From positions 23,686,001 to 23,750,000 of the forward strand of contig CM052832.1 of the NCBI GenBank assembly GCA_028534125.1: 64,000 nucleotides of DNA, given 5' to 3'. This document shows positions 1 through 14,000 of this stretch, piece after piece. Position 1 is the first letter of the stretch. Each line of letters begins with the position of its first letter. The DNA comes from Lama glama (Eukaryota). The translations under genes and the position numbers were made by a program. The notes below the pieces were generated by a model. The model worked only from the letters and a program-made list of their open reading frames with translations, was not told the DNA's origin and searched no databases.

Positions 1-889
1 TTTGACTGTTCAGTTTTTACTAATTGCTCTCCACAGCATCTAATGCTGCCACACAAATGGCCTTTTGTTAAGTCTGGCGTTAATTTTAAATTGTTCTGTA
101 CTTGTCTCTTAGGTGGGTAGGGATCACAGGAATCTCTGCTACTTTTAGTAGCTAAACACTTCAGAGGTAGTCCACAGAAGACTTGACACTAAATTCTTGC
201 TAGAGTGCTTTAGCTAACTTGTCACTTCATATCAAGTTTATCTTAAGTTTTTTCTTTTTTAAACTAATGTCGTATCTTGAAAGCACTTGAGTCTTTTGGA
301 ATATGAGAGGGGGTAAATAAATATTTAAATATGAGTAAAATAATAAGTATATTTTTTATAAATATTCAATCTTAAAGTAGACACATAATCTTTCTTTCCA
401 AAGGAACTAGTACTGTGTAACCTTAGCATAGGAAAGGGAAACAGTGAACTTGTATTTTGCAGTAGTGAGTATTCTGGGATTGTTGCTTCAGTATTGTTAG
501 AGAGCTTAGATTGTAGGTCTGTTCAAAATTTTTGTTTAGAGGAAAAATAATTACATATTTCCCAGTTGTTTTCCACACAATTGTTTTCAAACAATAAGGA
601 AAATACTGTTCAAGTGCCTATGTCAGAGGTGTCTTCCACCTTTTCTCTTGACAGTATTTTTCAAGGCCTTTTTGTCTTGGGTTAGCTTTTCAAGGTAGAT
701 TTGTGTATTCTGCCTTGATTTTAGCTACTGTTTTTTTGTACCTGCCAGTTTATTTTTTTCCTTCTGATACTACTCTGTGAAGGAAATTGCTGCCTAAAAC
801 TGGTCACTTCGCCCCCATTTGTTTCTGCTAGCTTTTTTTCCCTCGTTAGTAGTAAAATTATCAGTGTATGTTTCTGTTATATTTTGTAA

Positions 890-1220
890 ACTGCGAAGTG
901 CTTTCACATTATTTAATTTGACCTTCATTATAATTTCTATGAGGTAGTAGTGGGGGGCGGTGTTACTCTTATTTTACCTAGCGTAAAGCAGAGTACAAGG
1001 AGGTACTCAAATTTCACCTTTGGTTTTACTAATCCCTGATAGACCACAGCCGTTGTGTTTGGACCTTGGGCAAGTTACTTAACTTCATTGTCTCTCTTCA
1101 TCTGTAAAGTGCGCTGTTAAAACCAATTTCATAAAGTTATTGTGAGGATTAAATTGAGTAATTTAATAATACGTATAAACTGCTGAGAACTGTCTGACAT
1201 GATGAATGTTAATAATGCTG
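890..1220. mobile_element. MIR SINE fragments in two orientations
   Basis: Core gaccttgggcaagttacttaac...catctgtaaa...gttattgtgaggattaaa on +, preceded by an opposite-strand piece. Confidence 0.7.
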
Positions 1221-1843
1221 ATAGTTGTTATACCACATCTTTCTCTCCCTTTAAAAGTTACTGTAATAAAATTCTTGATTTTCAGGCCACATTTGATACA
1301 ATGAAATTTTACATCCCCCCCCAAAAATTTAGATTATTTCTTGAGTTTATTATGATGAATTTAATTACCTTATTGCCTGCCTTTTTAAAAAAATCTCATT
1401 TTCGTTTCTCTAAATCTTTGTTCTTAAAGAATGTATAGTAAAATAATTGGGGAAGCTGTTGAAGGTATTGTTTATATTGCTTCTTTTAATATGTTGGGAT
1501 CAGGATGGATTTTTTTGGTCTGGGATTATAACATTTTAGTGCATATCTTATTACTAAATCTAAAATTTATGTTGCTTATTTGATGGCCTGTTAGAATTTT
1601 TTAAGGATAGAATAATATGGCCATTTGGAGCTCATGGACGCAAATGGAGGAAAGAAAAAAGTAGAATTTCATAATGTCTGGAATTTGTAAAATGCATTAT
1701 GTCAGCATTCACTTGAGTAACTGAATTTTAGGAAACTTTGTTGGAAACAGTTATGTTTTGCTTGGTATGGCATTCTCTAAATAGGTACTTACTTAAAAAA
1801 CATAAATTTCTAAAACTGCCTTCCATGTTTTTCCCCCCAACAG

Positions 1844-2069
1844 GGCATCCTTAGCAGGGTTACAGAATCTGTTAAGAATATTGTGCCAGGATGGCTTCAA
1901 AGATACTTCAACAAGAATGAAGATGTATGTAGCTGCTCAACAGACACAAGAGAGGTGCCACAGTGGCCGGAGAATAGGGAAGATGACCATGTGCTATATG
2001 CTGACGAGGAGAGCTCTAACATTCATGATGGGAGAGTCACTCCTGAGCCAACAGTCAGTAACACAGAAG
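1844..2069 (+). CDS. NUP153: NUP153 exon 2 (226 nt)
   Basis: ccccaacag|GGC ... GAAG|gtaaat; [29 protein letters not shown]...VSNTE. Confidence 0.97.
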
Positions 2070-5000
2070 GTAAATAGAATGTGGATGTTTGGTTACAAAT
2101 GATAGGTTTTCATGTCTTAATTTAAAATACCTTTCTGTTACTTGGCTATGGTCAATCTAATTGTGTAGTAGAGAAGCCGCGTTGGAGGAGGGTGATGATC
2201 ACCTTCAAGTCAGATATCTTTCTTACTTATCAGCTTTTTGTTTATTTAAGGGAGGCTGAAATGCTATGTCAGTTAAGAGTTCAAGCTCTGCTGTTAGATT
2301 TTGAGTTTGAAATTTTATACTGCCAATTGTTAATCATGTGGCTTTGGTCAAGATGATTTATATTCTCCTCTGTGCCCTCGTAAGTGGTTTTGAAAAAAGT
2401 AAATGTGAAGCCCTTACTCTGGGTCTTGGCACTGAGGGAGCAGTGTGACAACGCCTCCCACCACACACAGACCTGGGTGTGGTGTGACTGCAGTTGGCTC
2501 TTTCCTCTGTGCCGCGGGCTCAGCTGAGCCATTTCATTAATCTCATCATTGAGTGGCCCTGCATTTTAAAGCTTGAGATTTTGGGGATCCATTTATGGCA
2601 TTTTGGTGGGGTTTACAAATGTTAAATAGCTTCAGTGTAACCCTTAAATGTGACATATTTAGGGATATTTCTCTGTTATTTCACTATATCTATGTTTTAC
2701 ACCTTTATTGAGATGTATTTCATGTAACTTAAGACTCACTCATTTAAAGCACACAGTTCATTGGTTTTTAGTTTATTCAGAGTTGTTCAGTCACCACAGT
2801 CAGTGTTAGAACATTTTAAACACCATCCTTCTCACCTCCTCCACCCTCCCTAATGAGTAATCCCATACCATACCCCTTAGTAGTAACTCCTTCTCCCACC
2901 CTTCCAGCCCTACTACTCTGTATCTAAAGATTTTCCTATACCAGGCATTTCATATAAATGGGGTCATAAAATATGTGGTCTTTTGTCACTGGCTTCTTGT
3001 ACTTAGCAAGATGTTTTCAGGGTTCATCCATGTCATCGCATGTATCAGAACTTCTTTATTGCCAGGTAATATTCCATGGCATGGATAAACTACATTTTAT
3101 TTATCCATTCATCAGTTGACGGACATTTGGGTTGTTTCTACCTTTTGAGTGTTAAGAACAGTGCTGCTGTGAATATTAGTGTGCAAGTTTTTGTATGGTT
3201 GTGTTTTCTTTTGGGTACCTATCTAGGAGTGGAATTTCTGGGTCGTCTGGTAATTTTAACATTTTCAGGAAAAACTTTTTCTAAAGTGGCTATACCATCT
3301 TACCTTCCCACTGGCAATGTATGAAGAATCCAGTTTCTTCACACCCTCACAAATACTTATTTTTCTTTTTCTTTTTTTAAATTAAATATAGCTACTCTAG
3401 TGATTGTGAAATGGTATCTAACTGGTTTTGCTTTGCATCTCCCTAATGACTAACGATGTTGAGCATCTTTTTGTGTGCTTATTGGCCATTGGTATATCTT
3501 TGGAGAAATAGCTTTTCACATCCCTCGTTTCCATTATTAACTGAGTTGTCTACTTATAGTTGAATTGAAAGAGATCTTTATATATTCTGGATTTTAAGTC
3601 CCTTATCTATAAGTATATGGTTTGCACATATTTTCTCCCATTCTGTTGGTTGTATTTTATCTTCTTGATTGTGTCCTTTGATGTGCAAAATTTTAAATTT
3701 TGATGAAGTCCACTTTATCTCTCAAGTATATATTCTTTTCAATATATATATATTTTCTTTCACTACATGTTTTGACATAATTATAAATTTTTTTTTCTAA
3801 TTCTGTGTTAAATCTTGTTTTGTCTGAATAATTGATGTGGTTGTGTTCCTGTTAATTTTGATGTACTTAGTAACTTATTTTCCTGCTTGATTTTCTCAAA
3901 GTGAAAATTAGAGTGAAATGGGCCTGAAAGAATAATTCTCATTTTGGGGAAATTGGCAGATCTAAGCTTTCTTAGTGATACTCAGTTTGGCTTAGTCTTT
4001 AAATCCTTGCTTATTTTTATTAGGATAACTCCCTAAGTTATCCTATCCTATCCTATCCTATCTGTACTTTCAGGATTTCTTTTCACGTATATTACCCAAC
4101 AACCATCTTGAGATTTTATCTGGTAGATCTCTAAGCTGACTGCTTCTGTGTCATTCTCTTTTTTGGACATTGAGTGGGACCCCAGTTGCTGTTTATTTTG
4201 ATTAGTGGCTTGTAGTGTGTACCAGCATATATCTATAGTGACTGAAACCTTTTCTATTTTAAGGAGCATGCTTGTGGGGATTAACGAACTGAAGAATTTA
4301 GTTTAGCTGTGAAATAAATGCAGTTTCTCATTTTTACATCTGTCAGAGTTCTTTTTTGTGTGTATTTTGTTTTCATTGAAATTATGGAATTAATTCATTG
4401 GTCTGCCAAGGTCAATTCCAACTTGGATTTTATTCATTATATTATTAAGCTTAATATATATTATTGTATGTATAATATATATTTATATATATAATTATAT
4501 ATGTATTATATGTTATTCTGTTACATGTGTACTATACACATCTTTGTGAGTAACTTCTAAATTTAAATTATTGTGGAAAATTTCAAACTACAAAAGTAAG
4601 GAAGATAGTATAGTGAACCCCCGTGTAGCTATTACCCAGCTTCAAAGACAACCAGCTAATGGCTGACCTTGTTATCTTTGTTCCCACACTCATTCACACA
4701 CCTTCTCACTCTGACTCCTCTGATTATTTAGAAGCAAATTGTGAGCAGCTTCTTGATACTAACTTTGAAAACCTGATAGCATTTTTTTCCCCTCTGTCTT
4801 ATCTTAGAGCTGACTCCTACTCTTATCTTAAAATTTGTAATTTCTAGACAGTTCTCTTCTCACGGTCTGCCTCAACCTTCCTCAAAGTATTAATTCAGTA
4901 CTTGCCGTCACATAATGTGTGACTAAAGTACCATTGATAACTCCCCTATATGATGACCATAGATCTCACTAGATACAGCCAGTTTACATTTGAAACATTA

Positions 5001-8000
5001 CCTTTGAATTTGACAATGCAGTCTCAAAACAACTTAGACATACCTACTCCTGAAGTAATGCCAAATTATTGAAAGCGTAAAATAACAGTCCTGAATATTG
5101 TTTACTGAATAGTAATTTTAACAGGGTGGCTTTTATATTAATAGTAACTGGAGCTGCAGAGCATTGTACATTCTTCCAATAGCATGCTGCAGTAACAACA
5201 GTTATAGAATGGCCCATTTCAGATCTGTTATCTGCAGCTTTCTGCTTATGTGTACCTCCTTGTATTGATTGTCTTAATGATGGTGAGCCATTAGGGATCT
5301 AGATTTCTCCTGCTAGGTTAGTGGAATGGATCAATGAGGAGGACCTCCAATAACATACATGTTAAATTTTTATTGATTCAGTAAGAGTTCAGGCCTCTGA
5401 GGGCCCCACAATGGCATCTCTAGTATGTTAGCATTAAATTGATGTTGTAGACTACATTGACTGAGTGATGCCTTGTGACTTAAAAAACTGGGTGTTTGTG
5501 GCTGATGTGAATCTGTAGATGGCATGGCCGTGTTTAGTCTTATTATCTCAAATTGTGTCCTTTATTGGACCTGGTTTGGAGGTTAGGGAAGCTCTGTAAG
5601 TATGAAAAACTGGCATTGTTATTAGCAGCATACCTTCCAGTAGAAGTATATCATATTAGATTTCTTTTTTCTCTATAGTTTCTGTATATACTAGATTTAG
5701 CAGATGTCTGCCAAAAGCTAGAAAATTGTCCTATTGCTTTTATCCTATAGGATAATCTGCTGCAAGGATGAGAGAATGGATAAGTATAAAAAGTACTTTT
5801 TGGATAGAATATATTATAAAATTCAAATACTTTGTCTTCTAAGAAACATTTTAACCTATATGTATATGAATCTTGGCTGCAAAGAAATTGAAATATGATA
5901 ACCTTTAGATGCCAGTAGATTTAAATGCTAATACTTGTAGATTTCCAAGCTCCAGCCAGTATCTCTTTCTTGAGCAAGCTTGGTAAGAAATTATTGCATA
6001 TACATTTAACACTAACTCCCCATTTCCCCTTACCCCCTGCCCCTGGCAGACACCATCTTACCTTCTCTATGACTTTGACTACTCTACATACCTCATATCA
6101 GTACAATCATACAGTGTTTGTCCTTTTGTGACTAGTTTATTTCATTTAGCAGAATGTCTTCAAAGTTCATTCACATTGCAGCATGTATCAGAATTTATTT
6201 TCTTTTTAAGGCTGAGTAATATTTACCACATTTATTAATTCATCTGTTGATGGACACTTGGTTTATTTCCACCTTGTACTGCTGTGAGTAATTGGGTTAA
6301 GAACATGGTTGTACGCATCTCTTTGAAACTCTGCTTTCAGTTCTTTGGGGTATGTACGCAGACGTGGAGTTGCTGGGTCATATGGTAACTCTACTTTTAA
6401 TTTTTTGAGGAACCACTATAGTGTTTTCCACAATGGCTACACCATTTTACATTTCCTATCAGTAGTGCCCTAGAGTTCCAGCTTCTTCACATGCCTGCCA
6501 ACATTTATTTTCTGTGTTTCTGATAGTAGCTGTCCTAATGAGTGTGAAGAGGTATCTCCTTGCAGTTTTGATTTGCATTTCTCTGATGCTTAGTGTTATT
6601 GAGCATCTTTTCATATGCTTGTTGGCTAATTGTATATCATCTTTGGAGAACTGTCTGTTCAAGTCCTTTGCCCAGTTTTTAATTAAGTATTTTTTTTGTT
6701 GTTAAGTTGTAGGAGTTCTTTATATGTTCTGGATATTAATTTCTTATCATATATATGGTTTGCAAATATTGTCTACCATTCTGTAAGTTGCTTTTTCACT
6801 CTGTTAATTGTGTCTTTTAGTGCACAAAAGTTTTTAAGTTTAATACAGTCCCACATCTTCTCTTTTGTTGCTTGTTGTATCCAAGAAATCATTGCTAAGA
6901 CCAATGTCTTGAAGCTTTTCTCCTGTTTTTATTTCCTAGGAGTTTTATAGTTTTGGGTCTTATGTTTAGGTCTTTGATCCATTTTGGGTTTATTTTTGTG
7001 TATGGTGTAAGATAAGGATCCAGTTTTCTTCTTTTGCATGTGGATATCCAGTTTTTCCAGGAAGAGACTGTTTTTTCTCCGTTGAGTGGTCTTGGCACCT
7101 TGTCAAGGATCATTTGACCATGTATGCAAGGATTTATTTCTGGGCTCTATGTTCTGTAACATTGGTCTGCATGTCTGTCTTTATACCAGGACCACACTGT
7201 TTTGATTACTGTTTTGTAATAAGTTTTTGAAATCAGAAAGTGTGAGACCGCCAACATTGTTCCTTTTCAAGATTATCTTGGTTATTAGGGGTCCATTGAG
7301 ATTCCATAAAATTTTTAGAATGAATTTTTTCTACTTTCAAAAAAAGTTACTGGGTTTTTGAAAGGGATTGAATTGAGCCTGCAGATTACTTTGGGTAGTA
7401 TTGACATCTTAACAAAATTAGTTCATCCAATCTAAGAACATGGGATGTCTTTCCATTTATTTATGTCTTCTTAAGTTATTTTTGGCAATTTTTTGTACTT
7501 TTCATTGTACAAGTTGTTCACTTCCTTCCTTAGTTAATTCCTAAGTATTTTGTTCTTTTTGATGTTAATGGAATCATTTTTGGAATCATTTTCTTAATTT
7601 ACTTTTCAGATTGTTCATTGTTAGCATATAGAAACAAAACTGAATTTTGCATGCTGATTTTGTATCCTGCTACTTTGCTGAATTTATTTATTCTAACAGA
7701 TTTTTTTCTGATGGAATATTTACGGATTTCTATGTATAAAATATATCATCTGCAAACAGATCATTTTACTTTTTCCTTTCTAATTTGGATGAATTTAGTT
7801 TCTTTTTCTTGCCTTATTACTCTGGATAGAGCTCCCAGTACTGTGTTAAATAGAAGTGGGGAAAGCACGCATTCTTGTCTTATTTCTGATCTTAAAGGAA
7901 AATTAGTCTTTGACCATTGGATGTTATATTAGCTGTGAGTTTTTCATACGTTGTTTCTGTTATATTGATGTTTTCTTCTAGTCCCATTTAAATGTTTTTA

Positions 8001-11000
8001 TCTGCACCTTTTTTTGTGTAATAGCACTTGGAACTAAATAATCCAGAATTGCTTAAGCTGTTAAATATTTTGGAGGCAGACTTTTAGAAAGATAGTACGT
8101 AGAAGAAAACTACAGAATGATTTCAGGTAGCAAGTACAGTTCAGCACAGTAAAGAATAGCAGACTCTTCTTACTTACTGGGGAGAGTTAATCGAAGGATG
8201 CAAGGAATCATTAATCACTAGGGAATTATTAATATAATTTAGCATGTTAATAAGTGAAATGATGTTATCATTTTTCCTTTTGGTAGATATACAATAGGCA
8301 TTTGGTGAAACTTAAAATCTATCTTTTATTTCTGTTTGGAGTTTGGAAACTACTGCTTACTTCTGCATACGTCAGTCATCCAAAGTCCAGAAATCGTGTA
8401 ATGATGAAACAATACAAGCATTTTTTAATGTGCTTTTTCAAGTGATTTTTGACTAAATTATCATTTTGAATAATATATGTAGAGATTCTGGATTCTGTTA
8501 TTGTCCTTTGAAGAGTTTTGGCTCTTGTTTTAGCAGGCAGTTGTTACTGAATGATCATTTTGAACGCTTGTAGACTTAGTTGTATCTTTTGTTAATGGGT
8601 ATCTGTGGAAAATCTGAGGTGTGTTAAGTCCCTCAAGTGGCAGGAGTTGGCCTCCCAACTGTCTCCTCTGTGGCTTTTTAGGATGAGTTTACAGTAGGTC
8701 TTTCTCTAGGGAAGGTGGGCTTTACGTGTTTCTACTCTGTGTATACCAGTACATGTAATAGCCCATCCACTCTCTGGACGCTCCCACGTGGACTTCTGGA
8801 GGCGCTTCCCTGCATAGTTTTCTACTGTCCAAAGCACTTAATTCTGATTTCTGCTTACAGTGTTTTGCCTGGACTCCAGCTGTCTGTGTGTCAGATCTGG
8901 AAATGTTCCTAGACGGAGATCTGGATGGGCAGTGATAGTAGGGCTCACCAGGAGTTTTTCTTGTGCTGTTCTTTGTTGTCTGAAAGTTATTGCCTCATAT
9001 ATTTTGTCCACTTTAATAGTTATTTACAGTAGAAGGGCTGGTCTTGGGGCCCAGTTATTCCAGCTTAACTGGAAGAGCCTTTTGGAAACTTGACAAATGA
9101 CTGTAAAGTTCTTGAAAATACACCTGAAAATGAATAGAGAAGTTCTGAAACAGAATAAGGGGAATGTAGGGTAGGTTGGAGTAACTTTTACAGGCATTAG
9201 ATGTGTTATAAAGCTTTAGTATTTTAAGTATTATGGTACTGGTACAGAAATACACAGATACATCATTGAGGAAAGCCTCTTTAGAATTCAGTATATGGTA
9301 GTGATGGTTTCTCAGTCAGTGAGGAAAAGATGGCTCACTTAAGATTATTTCAGAATATAAACCGACTAACCATCTGGAAAACAATGAAGCTGAATCATTC
9401 CTTCACTACCCATAACTGGTTCCAGTTGGAGTCAAGATTAAATATTACATTGAAATAAAAGCAATACTACCAAAAAGAAAAGAGTAAAAGTTTTTAGTGC
9501 TTATATAGTTTTAGGATGGTAAGTCTCAGTAGACAAAGTACAAGTTATTTTCTGTATTATAAAGATATCAAAGAAAAAATGAATGGGTTCAACCAACAGT
9601 GAAAAAATTAGTTGTGATATTTCAAATCATGTCATACTAATCTTACTGCTCAAAAGGAAATTAGATCTGACAAACTTTATTAGCAAGATAGACTTATTAA
9701 TAAGCAGTTAAGAAATATAAATGCTCAGTGTTGCATTTAAATAAATGCAAATAAAATAATGGTTCCATTTGACATATTAGATTGGCAGAAATCAGAAAAG
9801 GTTATTATCCAGTGTTGGAGACTGTGGGGGAAATATACACTGTCATTTGCTATTTGTGGAGTATAGCTCTGTGGACTATAGCTTAACAGGAAATTTTTGG
9901 ATCACAGTATCTCTCATAAGCAAAAGTAAGCATGCATTCTGATCTGTTACTACAGATCAGTTCTACAGGATACTTGTTGAGGCTCAGGATATCTTGGACT
10001 ACTTAGGCTGTTTCATGGGCCCAACTTTAGACTTTCAGAATCAGATTTTTTTGTGGGTCACTTAGGAACATTTGTTTAATAATTTCTCATGTTTCTCTTA
10101 CATGCTTACAGAACCATGGATTTATCCAAAATAATACTCTTTAACGTCTGAAAATATAAATGCTTGTATGTTTGATGGAGTATTGGGGGAAAAAATCACA
10201 AAAATAATTATAGTAAATCAATGTGGTAAAATACAGTGTGGTCTTTAAAGGGAGTGTACTCTGTATGTAGAGACAAAATTATATTGACAAATGAAAAAAT
10301 AAGTCACAGAACAGGAGGCATAAACATAATTATGTGGTTAGTTTATATGCACAAATATCTTCCCTATCTGGGAAAGCCATAGTTGATGTGCAAATATTAT
10401 ATAAGTTTCAGGTGTACAACATAGTGATTCACAATTTTTAAAGGTTATTCTCCATTTATAATTATTATAAAATTTGGCTATATCCCTGTGTTGTAAAATG
10501 TATCCTTGCAGCTTATTGTATACATAGTAATTTGTACCTCTTAATCCCCTGTCCCTATCTTGCCCCTCCCCACTTCCTTCTCTCCACTGGTAGCTACTAG
10601 TTTGTTCCCTATATCTGTGGGTGTTTCTTGTGATATTCACTAGTTTGTTTTATTTTTCAGATTCCCCATGTAAGTGATATCATATGGTATTTGTCTTTCT
10701 TTCACTAAGCGTAATACCCTCCACATCCATCCATGTTGTTGCAAATGGCAGAATTTCATTCTTTTTAATGGCTGAATAGTAGTCTGTTGGAGGACATACA
10801 GTATTTTTGTTGCGGGGGATATACAGATTTAATAGGGGTTGTTTATGGAGGGACAGACTTACCTTTTTGTTTTATGACTTAAAATTTTGGTGGGAGGAGG
10901 GAGGTAATTAGGTTTATTTATTTATTTATTTAGTGGCGGTATGGGGGATTGAACCCAGGACCTTGTGCATGCTAATAAGCACACACTACCACTGAACGAT

Positions 11001-14000
11001 GCCCTCCTCTGTTTTATGATTTTCTTACGTAGCTTCTTTGCTTTTATTTTCAAGGAAAATTAAGAACGATGTACTTTTAGAAGTTATATTTGATCCCTGA
11101 AATGTTTTGACACTAGGTTAGGTAAATTAATTTCAGTTAGTTGTAACCTTGTTAGCTAAAGAATATCTTAAATTGGGCATATCATGGGAGGCTTTAGTGA
11201 TCTGAATGAAAGCTGTATTTGTTATATAGTATGTTTTCTTAAGCACTATTTTATTGTGATACTATATTGCTTTTTCTAAGTTTGAATATTCATAATATTG
11301 ATGCTTTTCTTTTAAGAACCCTCAACAACTAGTACTGCTTCAAATTATCCAGATGTATTAACAAGGCCCTCTCTTCATCGGAGCCATCTGAATTTCTCCA
11401 TGTTGGAATCTCCTGCATTGCACTGTCAGCCCTCCACATCCTCGGCATTCCCGATTGGCAGTTCTGGATTTTCTCTTGTAAAGGAAATTAAAGATTCTAC
11501 CTCTCAGCATGATGATGATAACATCTCAACTACCAGTGGTTTTTCTTCAAGAGCTTCTGATAAAGGTATTCTTGGCATTTGGTAGTAAAAATAAATTTCA
11601 TGGAATAATTTTTTTCTAACCTGATTGTTACTTGCATTTTCTATTTGTCAAAATGTAGGGTCTTGTAATTGCATTACCTATTTTTGTTCCAGATATAGCT
11701 GTTTCAAAGAACACTTCAGTGCCACCTCTTTGGTCCCCAGAGGCTGAACGTTCTCATTCACTCTCACAGCACACTGCCACCAGCTCAAAAAAACCAGCAT
11801 TCAACTTGTCTGCCTTTGGAGCACTTTCTCCTGTGAGTCCTAATTTGATTTGATTTAATCATATTAGTTTTGAGTCTTTATTCCTTATAATTTATCATTA
11901 TGTTTCTGTGCAGTCACTTGGGAATTCTTCAATCCTTAAAACAAGTCAGCTGGGAGATTCTCCTTTTTACCCTGGAAAAACAACATATGGTGGGGCAGCA
12001 GCTGCTGTAAGACAGCCTAAACTACGAAACACATCATATCAGGTTGGTTTGAATAGAAGGATTCATAAACTTTTTTTTATTTTTAAATGATCAGTAAATA
12101 ACTTTTGGCATTCAAGTAGAGTTTTGTTTCACTTATTCTCTGGTGAAATGACAGAACTGTGGATTACATTCTTTTCATTTAGACATTATATTATTTTCGT
12201 CCTAAGTGAACATTTTATACATTGCATGTGTGTGTTTCAGGAAGTGTGATGGTTAATTCCTTTTTTTAAAAATTGAGGTATAAGTTACATGTAAAATTTA
12301 CCCTTATTACATACAGTATTTGAATTTTAACTGAATACGTACAATTGAGTAACCACTTCTACAATTGACATATTGAACAAACATTTCCATCACTCCAAGA
12401 TGTTACCTTGTGCATCTCTAATCAACCTCTCTTCCTACTTCCACTTCTTGGCAACTGCTGATCTGTTTTCTTTCCCTGTAGTTTTGCTTTTTCCCCAAAT
12501 GTCATAAATTTAATCATATACTATGTAGTCTTTTGAATCTGACTTATTCTGCCTAGTATAATGCGTGTGAGATCAATCTGTATATTTGCATGTATCAGTA
12601 ATTAGTCCTTTTTTTTGCTGAGTTTAATACAGTTTGCTTATCCATTCACCAGTGAAAAGACACTTGGGTTGTAGTTGTGAATAAAGGTGCTATAAGCATA
12701 ATTTTCGTTTCCCTTGGGTAAATACCTAGAAGTTGGACTGCTGAGTCATATGGTAAATTTACATTAATTTTATAAAAACTGCCTAATTGTTTTCCAGAGT
12801 GGCTGCTACCACTTCACCTTCTCACCAGTATTACAAGAGTGTTCTGGCTGGCGCTTGTTGTCATCAGTTTTTTGTTTATTGTAGGCACTCTAATAGACAT
12901 GTAGTGATAACTCCAACTCACTGTGGTTTTGCATTTCCCTAATGACTAGTGATGTTGGGCATCTTTTCATGTGCTTATTTACTATCAATATATTTTTGGT
13001 GAAATATCTGTTCAAGTCTTATTGCCCTTTAAATTTTTTTTTAAAAAGGTATTGTTGAGTTATAATTAACATACAATATTATATTAGTTTCAGGTGGATG
13101 ACATAGTGATTTGATGTTTTTATACATTATGAAATGGTAACTGCGGTAAAACCAGTGACCATCCATCACCATATAGAGCTGTTAACAATAATTATTGACT
13201 ATCTCTCCAGGACTTACTTATTTTGTGACAGGAAGTGTATGCCTCTTAATTCTCTTCACCTATTTCATCTGCTCTTTTTGCCCATTTTTTAATAGTTATT
13301 TTTCTTATTAGTGAGTTTTGAGAGTCCATTATTGAGGTTATAAGTCCCTTAATAGATACCTGTTTCGCACAAATCTCCCATTCTCTGGCTTGTCTTGACA
13401 ATGTCTTTTTGAGGAGAAGTTTTTACTTTTGATGACATCCAGCATTTTTTTTTCCTTTTATGATTCATGTTTTTGGTGTCAGAGCGAAGGCATTTTTACC
13501 TACTCCAAGTTCACAGAGATTTTCTCATTGTTTTCTTCTAGAAGCTTTGTAGTTCCAGGTTTTAATTGAGGCCTGTGATTCATTTTGAGTTAATTTTTGT
13601 ATGTGGTATGAGATATGGATCAAGATTCATTTTTAACATACAAATTTCCCCTTTTTCTAGTACCATTTGTTCCTAAGACTATACTTTCCCCTTTGGATTG
13701 CCTTTGCACCTTTTTCAAAAATCAGTTGACAGTATACATGGAAAAGATACTTACTACATCATGATTAAGTAGGTTTATCCTAGGAATAATGTGATCTACC
13801 GTGTAAACAAACTGAAGATTTATATAAAAACTGAATGAACATCTCCACAGATGCATAAAACATTTGACAAAATCCAACATCCATTCATGATAAAAAATTT
13901 TCAGCAACCTAGGAATAGTTGGGAACCTCCTCAACCTGATAAATTGTATCTATGGAAAATCTTCAACTAGCATCATACTCATGGTGAAAGCTGAATAGTT

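Noticed and set aside
7569..7592. 12-nt tandem duplication tggaatcatttt (a similar one lies near 22430)
   Set aside because: Ordinary slippage duplication in neutral sequence.
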